From Myxococcota bacterium (GTDB taxonomy: Bacteria > Myxococcota > JACRCW01), in the NCBI GenBank assembly GCA_040752415.1, contig JBFMGU010000260.1, positions 1 through 14,947 on the forward strand: a stretch of 14,947 nt of DNA, given 5' to 3'. The notes under the pieces are model-generated. The model was not told where the DNA came from and did not search any database. It was given only the letters and a program-made list of their open reading frames with translations. This document shows, piece by piece, positions 1-9,900 of the stretch (position 1 is its first letter; each line of letters starts with the position of its first letter). A program made the translations under genes and the position numbers.

Positions 1-521
1 CCGCCCAGGTGGTGGCCTACCTCCGCCAGATCGGGGACGCGCTTCAGTACGCCCACGACAACCAGATCGTGCACCGCGACCTCAAGCCCGAGAACCTGAT
101 GGTGACCCGCGAGGGGCTGGTCAAGGTGATGGACTTCGGCCTGGCCCGGGGCCACACGAGCTCGACCGTGACCGCCACCGGGGCCGTGTTCGGAACCCCC
201 TCCTACATCCCGCCCGAGCAGGTGCTGGGCCAGAAGCAGTTGGACGCCCGCAGCGACCAGTACTCGCTGGGGGTGCTCCTGTTCGAGATGTTGACGGGAC
301 GTCGGCCCTTCGACGATCAGGACCCGGTGGCCCTGATCTTCAAGCACGTCTCCGAGTCGCCGCCGAAGGCGTCCTCGGTGCGGGAGGGCCTGCCGGCGTC
401 GGTGGACATGGTGCTCGACCGGATGCTCAGCAAGGAGCCGGCGGAGCGATATCCCAGCGTGAGAGAGGCCTGCCACGCCCTGGAGCAGGCCCTGACCGGA
501 CCCGGGAGGGAAGCCCCATGA
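1..521 (+). CDS. Hanks-type Ser/Thr protein kinase, C-terminal part (5' truncated by window edge; frame open from nt 3)
   Basis: Motifs HRDLKPEN (catalytic loop), DFG, GTPSYIPPE (APE variant), DQYSLG and the subdomain XI Arg (PAERY). The kinase domain ends the protein, with no C-terminal TM or PASTA. Stop TGA 519-521 overlaps the next ATG. Confidence 0.95.
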   Translation, partial: AQVVAYLRQIGDALQYAHDNQIVHRDLKPENLMVTREGLVKVMDFGLARGHTSSTVTATGAVFGTPSYIPPEQVLGQKQLDARSDQYSLGVLLFEMLTGRRPFDDQDPVALIFKHVSESPPKASSVREGLPASVDMVLDRMLSKEPAERYPSVREACHALEQALTGPGREAP

Positions 522-2197
522 GGAAGACACGCAGGGGAGCCGGAATCGCCACCGTCCTGGTGGTGTCGGCCCTGGTCCTGACCCTGGGGTTCACCCTGGC
601 GGCATCCAGCTTCATGCACCTGAACGTCAGCACCCAGGTGGTGAACGCCCAGCACGCCCGCGAGCTGGCCGAAAGCGTGGTGGCGGCGGGCATCCAGAAC
701 GTGGTGGAGTCCAGCGGGGCCTACGGTCGGGACGACAACCCCAGCTTCTCCCTGCCTGTCGAGGTGAGCCTGCAAGGGCTGCCGCCGGGGTCCACCGGAC
801 GGCTGGTATTCGACCCGGCCGAAGCTCGCCGGATGGGCATCCCCTACTCCACCAACCGGTTCGAGCGGACCGGAAGGCCGGGCTGGGGCGGCCGGATCGT
901 GCCGGAGGACTGCATCCACCTGGTGGGCACGGGTTCCTGCAACGGGGTGGTGCGCTCGGTGGAGGTGGTACTGCAGGTGCCGCGCTACCCTTACGCGCTG
1001 GCTGCCAACGGGCCCATCCGCTCTTCGGGGAGGATCCTGGTGGGAACCGTCACCCTGACGCAGGCCAGCACCCCCGGGGAAGGCATCGTGGGCGTCGACC
1101 CGGACGAGCTGCTGCCCGGGCACCTGGCCTCCAATGCCACCGACAACGACTCGGTGCGGCTGGCGTTGGACAGCCTGATCACGGGCAACCTGCGCAGCCG
1201 GGGCGGCGTGGTGCTCGACCCGACCGTGCAGGTCCGGGGGCAGGTGCGGGCCAACGGGGACTCCTCTCCGGTGCCCAGGGTCACCATCCCGTCGCTCGAC
1301 CCGGGCCCCCGGGCGCTGCCGCTGCCCCCCGTGGTGGAGCCCGACCCGGAGGCTCCCATCGTGGGCGAGCGCCGGGCCGTGGGCCCGGTGACGGTCAACG
1401 GGGACCTCCTCATGGCCCAGGCGGTGATCTACATCGACGGGGACCTGACCGTCCAAGGAGGGTTGATCGGGCAGGGTCTGGTGGCCTGCACCGGGCGCAT
1501 CCGCATCGACGGAGGCACCACGCTGGACGGCGGCAACCAGGCCGCGCTGCTGGCCGGGGAGGGGGTGGAGCTGATCGGCCGGGGAGCCGCCAGCTCTTCC
1601 TTCCAGGGCATCGTCTACAGCGAGGGGGAGCTTCTGGCCGACCAGATCAGCGTGTTGGGCGCGGCCGTGGTCAACGGGGACGGCACGGAAGGGGTCACCC
1701 TGCGGGACGCCGCCGCCGGGCACGTCCCCGAGTACACCCGCCTGAACATGAGCCTGCCGAATGCATACGCCAGGGCCATCCCCGACTCCTCGAACGCTAT
1801 GGTGACGATGTTCGCGGGGCCGCGGCGGCGCGGAGAGCCCTTCCAACCCACCACGTTCAAGATCGTCCCGTCCCAGCTCTACGTCAATGCCGTGCTGAAG
1901 AAGCCGGGCGACCCGCCCGGAACCGACTACAGCCGCACCTTCAGCAACTGGGCCCAGGCCGAGCCGTTTGCCCGGGACATCGTGGTCTGGTACCAGGGCT
2001 ACTACAACGGCCTGGGCCCGGGCGGCGGTCAGATGGTCAGAATCCTGCAAGGCTTCCTGGACGAATTCCCCACCCCGAGCGACACCTGGGGGGACGCCAA
2101 CCTGCCCACGGTGGCCTCCAACGACTTCACCTTCGACATCAACGAGTTCCTGAGCTTCGGCGACCGCCTCCGGGTGCGCTTCTGGCGCGAGTTCTGA
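518..2197 (+). CDS. PilX/GspK-like minor pilin-type protein with central beta-solenoid region (559 aa)
   Basis: N-terminus KTRRG|AGIATVLVVSALVLTLGFTLA resembles a class III (prepilin) signal lacking E5, as in PilX/GspK. It is followed by an ARELAES..AAGI helix, a central VNGDL/IYIDGDLTVQG/FQGIVYSEG beta-solenoid-like stretch and a C-terminal VRFWREF. GGAGG at 505-509; ATGA overlap with the kinase stop. Confidence 0.7.
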   Translation: MRKTRRGAGIATVLVVSALVLTLGFTLAASSFMHLNVSTQVVNAQHARELAESVVAAGIQNVVESSGAYGRDDNPSFSLPVEVSLQGLPPGSTGRLVFDPAEARRMGIPYSTNRFERTGRPGWGGRIVPEDCIHLVGTGSCNGVVRSVEVVLQVPRYPYALAANGPIRSSGRILVGTVTLTQASTPGEGIVGVDPDELLPGHLASNATDNDSVRLALDSLITGNLRSRGGVVLDPTVQVRGQVRANGDSSPVPRVTIPSLDPGPRALPLPPVVEPDPEAPIVGERRAVGPVTVNGDLLMAQAVIYIDGDLTVQGGLIGQGLVACTGRIRIDGGTTLDGGNQAALLAGEGVELIGRGAASSSFQGIVYSEGELLADQISVLGAAVVNGDGTEGVTLRDAAAGHVPEYTRLNMSLPNAYARAIPDSSNAMVTMFAGPRRRGEPFQPTTFKIVPSQLYVNAVLKKPGDPPGTDYSRTFSNWAQAEPFARDIVVWYQGYYNGLGPGGGQMVRILQGFLDEFPTPSDTWGDANLPTVASNDFTFDINEFLSFGDRLRVRFWREF

Positions 2198-2345
2198 CCT
2201 GGAGTCTGTCCCAGAACCTCACCAGCCGTCTTCGCGCTCGGCGACCAGGGCGTCCACGACCGACACCCGGGACCGGGCCGCCCGTCGTCCTCGCAGGATC
2301 AGTTCACCTGACCAGTTTCGTCCGATTCACCAGGGTCCGTCAAGC

Positions 2346-3878
2346 TCAAAAGCGGGTGGAGAACTGGCCGTAGATCACGGGGGACTGGCCGGTGGAGTTG
2401 CGTCCCGGCGCGATGGGGAAGCCGAAGTCGAGGCGTCCCGAGAAGCGTTCTCCCAGGCCCAGGCGCAGGCCCACTCCGGCGCCGGTGAAGTCGCGCCCGA
2501 GGGGTTCTCCCGGCTGGGGGTTCTCCAGGCTGGCCCCGCCGTGGTCCAAAAAGGCAGCCAGTTGCAGGCGGGCAGCTTCGTCGTCCAACACCGAGCGGCG
2601 GTACTCCAGGCTGAGGGTGTAGCCCCGGTCTCCCAGGAACTCCGATTGGACGTAGCCGCGCACCGAGTCGGGACCGCCCAGGGCGAACTGCTCCCCCACC
2701 GTGAGCGGCTGGCCGGTGAGCTGGCCGCTGGCCCGCAGCAGCAGGAAGTTCCCCTGGCCGAGCTGGTGGACGTGGCTGGCGTCCAGGTTGAGCCTTCCGA
2801 ACGAGTTGCCGGACCCGGCCCGGCTGGCCACCGGGTTGCTGTTGGGCGAGCCGCCCAGGACGGTTCCCAGACCCTGGGTGTAGACGGCCGACAACCCGGT
2901 GTTGCCGTCCTCCGTCAGCCAGCGTGCCACGTAGCCCACGTTCAGCGACCGGATGCGGTCCTGGCTCAGAGTCAGGTTGCCCAGGATGGAGTTCTTCACG
3001 TCCTTGAGCTGGAACCCGCAGGTGAGGTCGGCCCGGTGGGAAAGCCTGCGCTCCAGGGGGTAGGCGTATTGAATCCCGTAGATGTCGGCCTCGCCCCGGA
3101 TGTCCAGCACGGCCAGCTCCTCGCCCACCAGCGTGTCCGCGCTGGCGTAGAAGAAGTTGAGCCGGTCGCCCGCCTGACTCACGGGGAAGCCGTAGAGCGC
3201 CTGCAGGAACGGCTGCACCTGGCGGGTGGGAAAGGGAAAGACGGAGCGGACGGCCAGGGTGTCCCCCTCGAGGATGGGGTTGCCCCAGGCCACGCTGAGG
3301 CCGGCCCGGTGCTCCCCCACGAAGCGGTTGCCGAAGTTGTTGTACTCGACGCCCACGTGGATCGGGTCCGAATCGTCCACCCGCAGGGTGACGTCGGTGG
3401 TGCCCGGAGCTTTGCCGGGAGATAGCACCGAGCGCACCTTGAGGTCCTCGAAGTCGTTCAGAATCAAGAGGGCCCGCTCCAGGTCGCCCGAGTGCAGCAC
3501 CCCGCGCTGGGTGGCGGGCGCGAAATACCAGCGCACGAAGTCGGCCGAGTAGGCCTGGTTGCCCTCCACCCGAACCTCGCCCACCCGTCCCTCGAGGACC
3601 TGGATGCGCACGCGGCCGTCCCGAATCTCCTGGGCGGGCACCAGGGCGCTGGCCAGGAAGTAGCCCTGGTCCCGATACAACTGCTCCACCCTGCGGGCGG
3701 CCTCGCGCAGCTCCTCCAGGCTGGCCTCCTTGCCCTCGAACGGGGCCAGCACCGCTCGGAGCTGGGACTCGGGCAGGACCGAGTTGCCCTCCACCACGAT
3801 CTCGCGCACGGTGAGCCCCTGGGCCAGGGCACAGACCGTCAGGGAGAGCCACAGCGCCAGCAGTTGAATCCGCTTCAC
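2346..3878 (-). CDS. TpsB (ShlB/FhaC/HecB family) two-partner secretion outer-membrane transporter (510 aa)
   Basis: Sec signal (MKRIQLLALWLSLTVCALA), two POTRA-like segments (VREIVVEGNSVL...YRDQGYFLA; VGEVRVEGN), YNNFGNRFVG barrel start, loop-6 GGPDSVRGY (nt 2652-2663 = VRGY), FLDHG motif and C-terminal Phe. GTG start. Confidence 0.93.
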   Translation of the reverse strand: MKRIQLLALWLSLTVCALAQGLTVREIVVEGNSVLPESQLRAVLAPFEGKEASLEELREAARRVEQLYRDQGYFLASALVPAQEIRDGRVRIQVLEGRVGEVRVEGNQAYSADFVRWYFAPATQRGVLHSGDLERALLILNDFEDLKVRSVLSPGKAPGTTDVTLRVDDSDPIHVGVEYNNFGNRFVGEHRAGLSVAWGNPILEGDTLAVRSVFPFPTRQVQPFLQALYGFPVSQAGDRLNFFYASADTLVGEELAVLDIRGEADIYGIQYAYPLERRLSHRADLTCGFQLKDVKNSILGNLTLSQDRIRSLNVGYVARWLTEDGNTGLSAVYTQGLGTVLGGSPNSNPVASRAGSGNSFGRLNLDASHVHQLGQGNFLLLRASGQLTGQPLTVGEQFALGGPDSVRGYVQSEFLGDRGYTLSLEYRRSVLDDEAARLQLAAFLDHGGASLENPQPGEPLGRDFTGAGVGLRLGLGERFSGRLDFGFPIAPGRNSTGQSPVIYGQFSTRF

Positions 3879-3992
3879 CCATGGATAGTTCGCCGGAACG
3901 GGCGGCTTCCTGCTCGGTAGGGTTTCCGCGCAAGGGCATCGAAAACTATAGGATCCGGCAGACTTGCCCGGGGGTCGGCCGGGAGCGGGAAG
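3879..3992. promoter_or_regulatory. Divergent promoter region shared by tpsB and tpsA
   Basis: 114-bp spacer between head-to-head genes. Outward-facing AACTAT hexamers at 3885-3890 (minus strand, 6 nt before the tpsB GTG, no SD) and 3944-3949 (plus strand). TAGGAT (-10-like) at 3949-3954 and GGGAG (SD-like) at 3981-3985. Individual elements are tentative. Confidence 0.45.
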
Positions 3993-6900
3993 GTGGAAGT
4001 GGTGTTGCGAGCGAGCATCCTGCGCGCCGTCGCGTTGTTGGCGCTGCTATGCCCCTCTTTGTCCTCGGCCAACCCCACCGATCCCACCGTGGTCAGCGGC
4101 AGCGCCGTCGTTAACCAGACCAACCCCGCGGTCACCACCGTCACCCAGTACACCGACAGGGTCATCCTCAACTGGAACGGGTTCTCCATCGGGGTGGGCG
4201 AACTGACCCGCTTCATCCAGCCGAGCGACCTGGCCATCGCGCTGAACCGGGTCACCGGGGTCGATCCGTCCGTCATCCTGGGCTCGCTGCAGGCCAACGG
4301 CCGCATCTTCCTGGTCAATCCGAACGGTATCCTGTTCGGTCCCGGGTCCCAGGTGGACGTGGCCGGGCTGCTGGCCACCACGCTGAACCTCTCCGACGAG
4401 GACTTCCTCAACGGGAACTACCGGTTCTACCAGGATCCAAGCAAGGCCCTGTCCTACGTGGTCAACCAGGGTACCCTCACGGCCGCCGACGGCGGCAGCG
4501 TGATCCTTCTGGCCCCGCTGGTGAACAACGAGGGCGTCATCGTGGCCAACCTGGGCCAGGTCACCCTGGCCGGGGGCACCCGGGCGGTGGTCAACTTCGA
4601 CGGGGCGGGCCTGGTCAACCTGGCCCTGGGCGACTCCGACGCGGTACGCGGCTCGGTGCTGGCCGACCCCCAGGCGGTCAGCTCGCTCACCCAACTGGTG
4701 GTCAACCACCCCTCCGTGGTCGAGGCGGGCGCCGTGGTGCACCTGCCGGACGGCCGCATCCTGCTGCAGGGGGCCGAGGGCCTGGTCATCCAGGGCGGCG
4801 TCATCCGGGCGGACGGAGGCGTCCGGCCGGACCTGGGCGCCGGACCGGGCGGGTTGGTGGAGCAGAGCCTGGCCAACACGTCCGTGCGCCCGGGCGATCT
4901 GTCCTCCATCCCGCTGGCCACGGTCAACCACGGCTCGGATTCCGCCGGCAACGTCCTGTTGCACTCCACGGCCGGCACGGTCCTGGCCGACGGCAGCCTG
5001 ACTTCGGCCAGCGCCCCGTCCGCCCACGGCGGGGAAGTGATGGCCCTGTCGCAGGGGCTCACCGTGCTGGCGCCCGGCAGCCGCATCGAGGCGGCCGGAG
5101 GGGAAGGCGGGTTCATCGAGGTCAGCGGTCTCCAGAGCGTGGTGGTGCAGGGCTCGGTGGACACCGCGGGACCCCTGGGAACCTTCCTGATCGACCCCAC
5201 GGCGCTGACCGTGATCAACGGAGCCGGCCCGGGCACCCAGGACGCCCAGTTGCCCGACATCCTGTTCGGCGACCCCAACGTGGGGGCCAACACGGTCAGC
5301 GAAGTGGCCCTGGAGACCCAGGCCAGCGCCACCAATCTCATCCTGAGGGCCACCGGCACGGTGACCTTCAACAACCTGGCCGACGGCACCCTGGACCTCA
5401 CCAACGGCGGTACGCGGACGGACAAGTCGCTCACCGTGGAGACCCAGACCGGAAACATCACCTTCCTGGACCCGACCGACACGGTTCTGACCGGCGGCAC
5501 CGGGACCCTCACCTTCCGCTCGGCCATCAACGCCGGGAATTCGGGGGGCACGCTGGTGCTGGGCAACCTGACCACCCAGAACGGGGCGGTCACGCTGCAG
5601 TCGGACGGGAACCTGACCATGCGGCAGGTGAACTACGGCACCTCCACCCTGAGCGCCACCTCGGGGTTCGCCGGCATCCTGGACGGCAACGGGGCCACCG
5701 CCAACCTGGTGACGGCCGGGGCCGGCAACAGCGCCACCCTGACCGCGGCCGCGGGGATCGGGTCGGCCAACGCGCTGGAGACCTCCTCCACCGGGACCAC
5801 CGTGGTCAACTCGGCCACCGTGAGCGGGACGGGCGCGATCGGGCTGAGCGGCGTGGCCGGAAACCTGACCGTCAATACCGGGACCACCAACAACGGCGCC
5901 ATCACCCTGGGCGCCACCGGGGCGGACCTTACGGTGGGCACGCTAACGGCCGGCGGAGCCGGACGGAACGTCACCCTGACCACCGCCACCAGCGGGAACG
6001 TGAGCGTCGGCACCGTCACCGCCGCCGGCGACACCATCACGGTGAACGCAGCGGGCTCCCTGCTGGAGAACGGTGCGGACGCGGGCGCAGACCTGAACGC
6101 CAACATCCTGAACCTCACCGCAGGAAGCGGGATCGGGGCCGCCGGCGCCGCCCTGGAGGTGAACGGCACCACGCTGTCCACCGCCAACGTGACCGGAGCC
6201 GGGGTGATCAACCTGTCCGACACGGGGGGTGGCCTGACGGTGACCAGCGCCACCACGGCCAACGGGGCCATCACGCTCAACGCGGTCAGCGGCAACCTGA
6301 CCCTGGCCACCGTGACGGCGGGCGGCGCCGCCGACGTCAACCTGTCCACCACCACCAGCGGGAACGTCAACGCCGGCAACGTCACGGCCGCCGGGGACAC
6401 CATCACGGTCAACGCGGCGGGCTCCCTGCTGGAGAACGGCTCCGACCCGGGCCCGGACCTCACGGCCGCCAGCCTGAACCTGACCGCCGGGTCGGGGATC
6501 GGAACGGGGGCCAACGCCCTGGAGGTGAACGCCACCACGCTCAGCAACGCCAGCGTCACCGGAACCGGGCTCATCAACCTGAGGGACACCGCGGGCGGCC
6601 TGACGGTCACCAGCGCCACCACCGCCGACGGGGCCATCACCCTCAACGCGGTGGCCGGGACCCTGACGCTGAGCACCGTGACGGCCGGGGGCGCCGGGCG
6701 CAACATCTCGCTGTCCACCACCACCAGCGGCAACGTGAGCGCGGGCAACGTCACGGCCGCCGGCGACACCCTCACGGTCAACGCCGTCGGCTCCCTGCTG
6801 GAGAACGGGGGCGACGCGGGCGCGGACCTGACCGCAACCACGCTCAGTCTGACCGCCGGCGGCGGGATCGGAACCGGCGGGAACGCCCTGGAGGTGAACG

Positions 6901-9900
6901 GCACCACGCTGTCCACCGCCAATGTGACCGGGGCCGGGCTCATCAACCTGTCCGACACGGCCGGCGGTCTGGCCGTGACCAGCGCCACCACCAACAACGG
7001 GGCCATCACGCTCAACGCCGTGAGCGGCAACCTGACCCTGGCCACCGTGACGGCGGGGGGCGCCGCCAACGTCAACCTGTCCACCACCACCAGCGGCAAC
7101 GTGAGCGCGGGGAACGTCACGGCCGCCGGCGACACCATCACGGTCAACGCCGCCGGGTCCCTGCTGGAGAACGGGGCCGACGCGGGCGCGGACCTCACGG
7201 CCGCCACCCTGAGCCTGACGGCCGGGTCGGGGATCGGAACAGGGGCCAACGCCCTGGAGGTGAACGGCACCACGCTTTCTACCGCCAACGTCACCGCGGC
7301 CGGACTCATCAACCTGAGGGACACCGCGGGCGGTCTGACGGTCACCAGCGCCACCACCGCCAACGGGGCCATCACACTCAACGCCGTGAGCGGCAACCTG
7401 ACCCTGGCCACCGTGACTGCGGGCGGCGTCGCCAACGTCAACCTGTCCACCACCACCAGCGGCAACGTCAGCGCGGGAAACGTCACGGCCGCCGGGGACA
7501 GCATCACGGTCACCGCCGCGGGCTCCCTGCTGGAGAACGGGGCCGACCCGGGCGCGGACCTGACGGCCACCACCCTCAGCCTCACGGCCGGGAGCGGGAT
7601 CGGCACCGCCGCGGCTGCCCTGGAGGTGAACGGCACCACGCTGTCCGCCAACGTGACCGGAGCCGGGGTCCTCAACCTGTCCGACACCGCGGGCGGCCTG
7701 ACCGTGAGCGGCGCCAGCACCGCCAACGGGGCCATCACCCTGAACGCGGTGGGGGGCGACCTGACCCTGGCCACGGTCACGGCCGGCGGCACCGCCAACG
7801 TCAACCTGTCCACCACCACCAGCGGCAACGTCCTGGCCGGCAACGTCACGGCGGCCGGGGACACCATCACGGTCAACGCGGCCGGGTCCCTGCTGGAGAA
7901 CGGTGCGGACGCGGGGGCGGACCTGACCGCCACCACCCTGAGCCTGACCGCCGGAAGCGGGATCGGAGCCCCCGGGGCCGCCCTGGAGGTCAATGGCACC
8001 ACGCTGTCCACCGCCAACGTGACCGGCGCCGGGGTCATCAACCTCTCCGACACGGCGGGCGGTCTGTCGGTCACCAGCGCCACCACCGCCAACGGGGCCA
8101 TCACCCTCAACGCGGTGAGCGGCAACCTGACCCTGGCCACGGTCACGGCGGGCGGGGTGGCCGACGTCAACCTGTCCACCACCACCAGCGGCAACGTCAG
8201 CGCCGGCAACGTCACGGCCGCCGGGGACACCATCACGGTCAACGCCGCCGGCTCCCTGCTGGAGAACGGGGCGGATGTTGGGGCCGACCTGACCGCGGCC
8301 ACCCTCGACCTGACCGCCGGCTCGGGGATCGGAACGGCAGCCAACGCCATGGAGGTGAACGCCACCACGCTGAGCAACGCCAGCGTCACCGGAACCGGGC
8401 TCATCAACCTGTCCGACACGGCCGGGGGCCTGGCGGTGACCAGCGCCACCACCAGCAACGGGGCCATCACCCTGAACGCGGTGGCCGGAAACCTGACCCT
8501 GGGCACGGTGACGGCCGGTGGCGCCGGGCGCAACATCTCGCTGTCCACCACCACCAGCGGGAACGTGAACGTGGGCGACGTGCAGGCGCTGGGGGACACG
8601 ATCACCGTCGTCGCGGCCGGAGCGCTGGAGGAGAATGGCTCGGACCCGGCCGCGGACCTGTCGGCAGCCACGCTCAGCCTGACGGCCGTCAGCGGGATCG
8701 GCAACCTGGGGACGGTGGAGGTGGATGCCACCACCCTGTCCACGGCTAACGTCACGGGGGCCGGCGCCATCAACCTTTCCGACACGTCGGGGGGCCTGAG
8801 CGTGACCACCGCCACCACCCTCAACGGGAACATCACCCTGAACGCCGTGGGCTCGGACCTGACGGTGGCGGTGGTCACCGCGGGGGGTGCCGGCGACGTC
8901 TCCCTGTCCACCACCACCAGCGGAAACGTGAACGTGGGCAACGTGACGGCGCTGGCCGACACCATCACGGTCAACGCTGCAGGCTCTCTGCTCGAGAACG
9001 GGGCCGACGCCACGGCCGACCTCACCGCAGCCACGCTCGACCTCACCGCGGGCACGGGGATCGGGGCGGCCGGAGCCACGCTGGAAGTCAACGCCACGAC
9101 GCTGAGCAACGCCAACGTGACCGGCACCGGGGTCATCAACCTGTCGGACCTGGCGGGCGGCCTGTCGGTGACCAGCGCCACCACGTCGGACGGGGCCATC
9201 ACCCTCAATGCGGTGGCCGGAAATCTGACGCTGGGCACCGTGACCGCCGGCGGAACCGCCAACATCACGCTGTCCACTACCACCAGCGGGAACGTCAACG
9301 CGGGCGACGTCACGGCCGCGGGAGACACCATCACGGTCACGTCCGCGGGAAGCATCCAGGAAAACGGCGCCGACGCGGCGGCCGACCTGACCGCAGCCAC
9401 CCTGAGCCTGACGGCCGCCACCGGCATCGGCACCCTGGGCACGCTGGAGGTGGACGGCACCACGCTGTCCACCGCCAACGTGACCGGAGCGGGAGCCATC
9501 GACCTGTCGGACACGGCCGGGGGCCTCTCGGTCACCAGCGCCACCACCACCAACGGGGCGATCACCCTGAACGCGGTGGCGGGCGACCTGACCCTGGCCA
9601 CCGTGACGGCAGGCGGCGTGGCCAACGTCTCGCTGTCCACCACGACCAGCGGGAACGTCAACGCGGGCGACGTCACGGCCGCCGGGGACACCATCACGGT
9701 CAACGCCGCCGGTTCCCTGCTCGAGAGCGGGGCGGACGCGGCGGCGGACCTCACGGCCGCCACGCTCGACCTCACCGCGGGCACGGGGATCGGGGCCACC
9801 GGCGCCCCGCTGGAGGTGAACGCCACCACGCTCAGCAACGCCAGCGTCACCGGCACCGGAGTCATCAACCTGGCCGACACGGCGGGGGGCCTGTCGGTGA

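Noticed and set aside
2202..2217. GAGTCTGTCCCAGAAC just after the PilX-like stop, loosely resembling an IS5/IS1182-type terminal repeat
   Set aside because: No inverted partner, target duplication or transposase found in the window; the resemblance is too weak.
2198..2345. Intrinsic terminator between the convergent genes
   Set aside because: No convincing stem-loop with a U-tract on either strand.
2299..3939. 546-aa alternative minus-strand ORF overlapping tpsB, and other GC-rich alternative-frame ORFs (317-2050, 4047-5027, 4454-5620, 13579-14742, 14627-14923)
   Set aside because: They overlap genes with clear family motifs, have shadow-frame composition and show no recognisable motifs.
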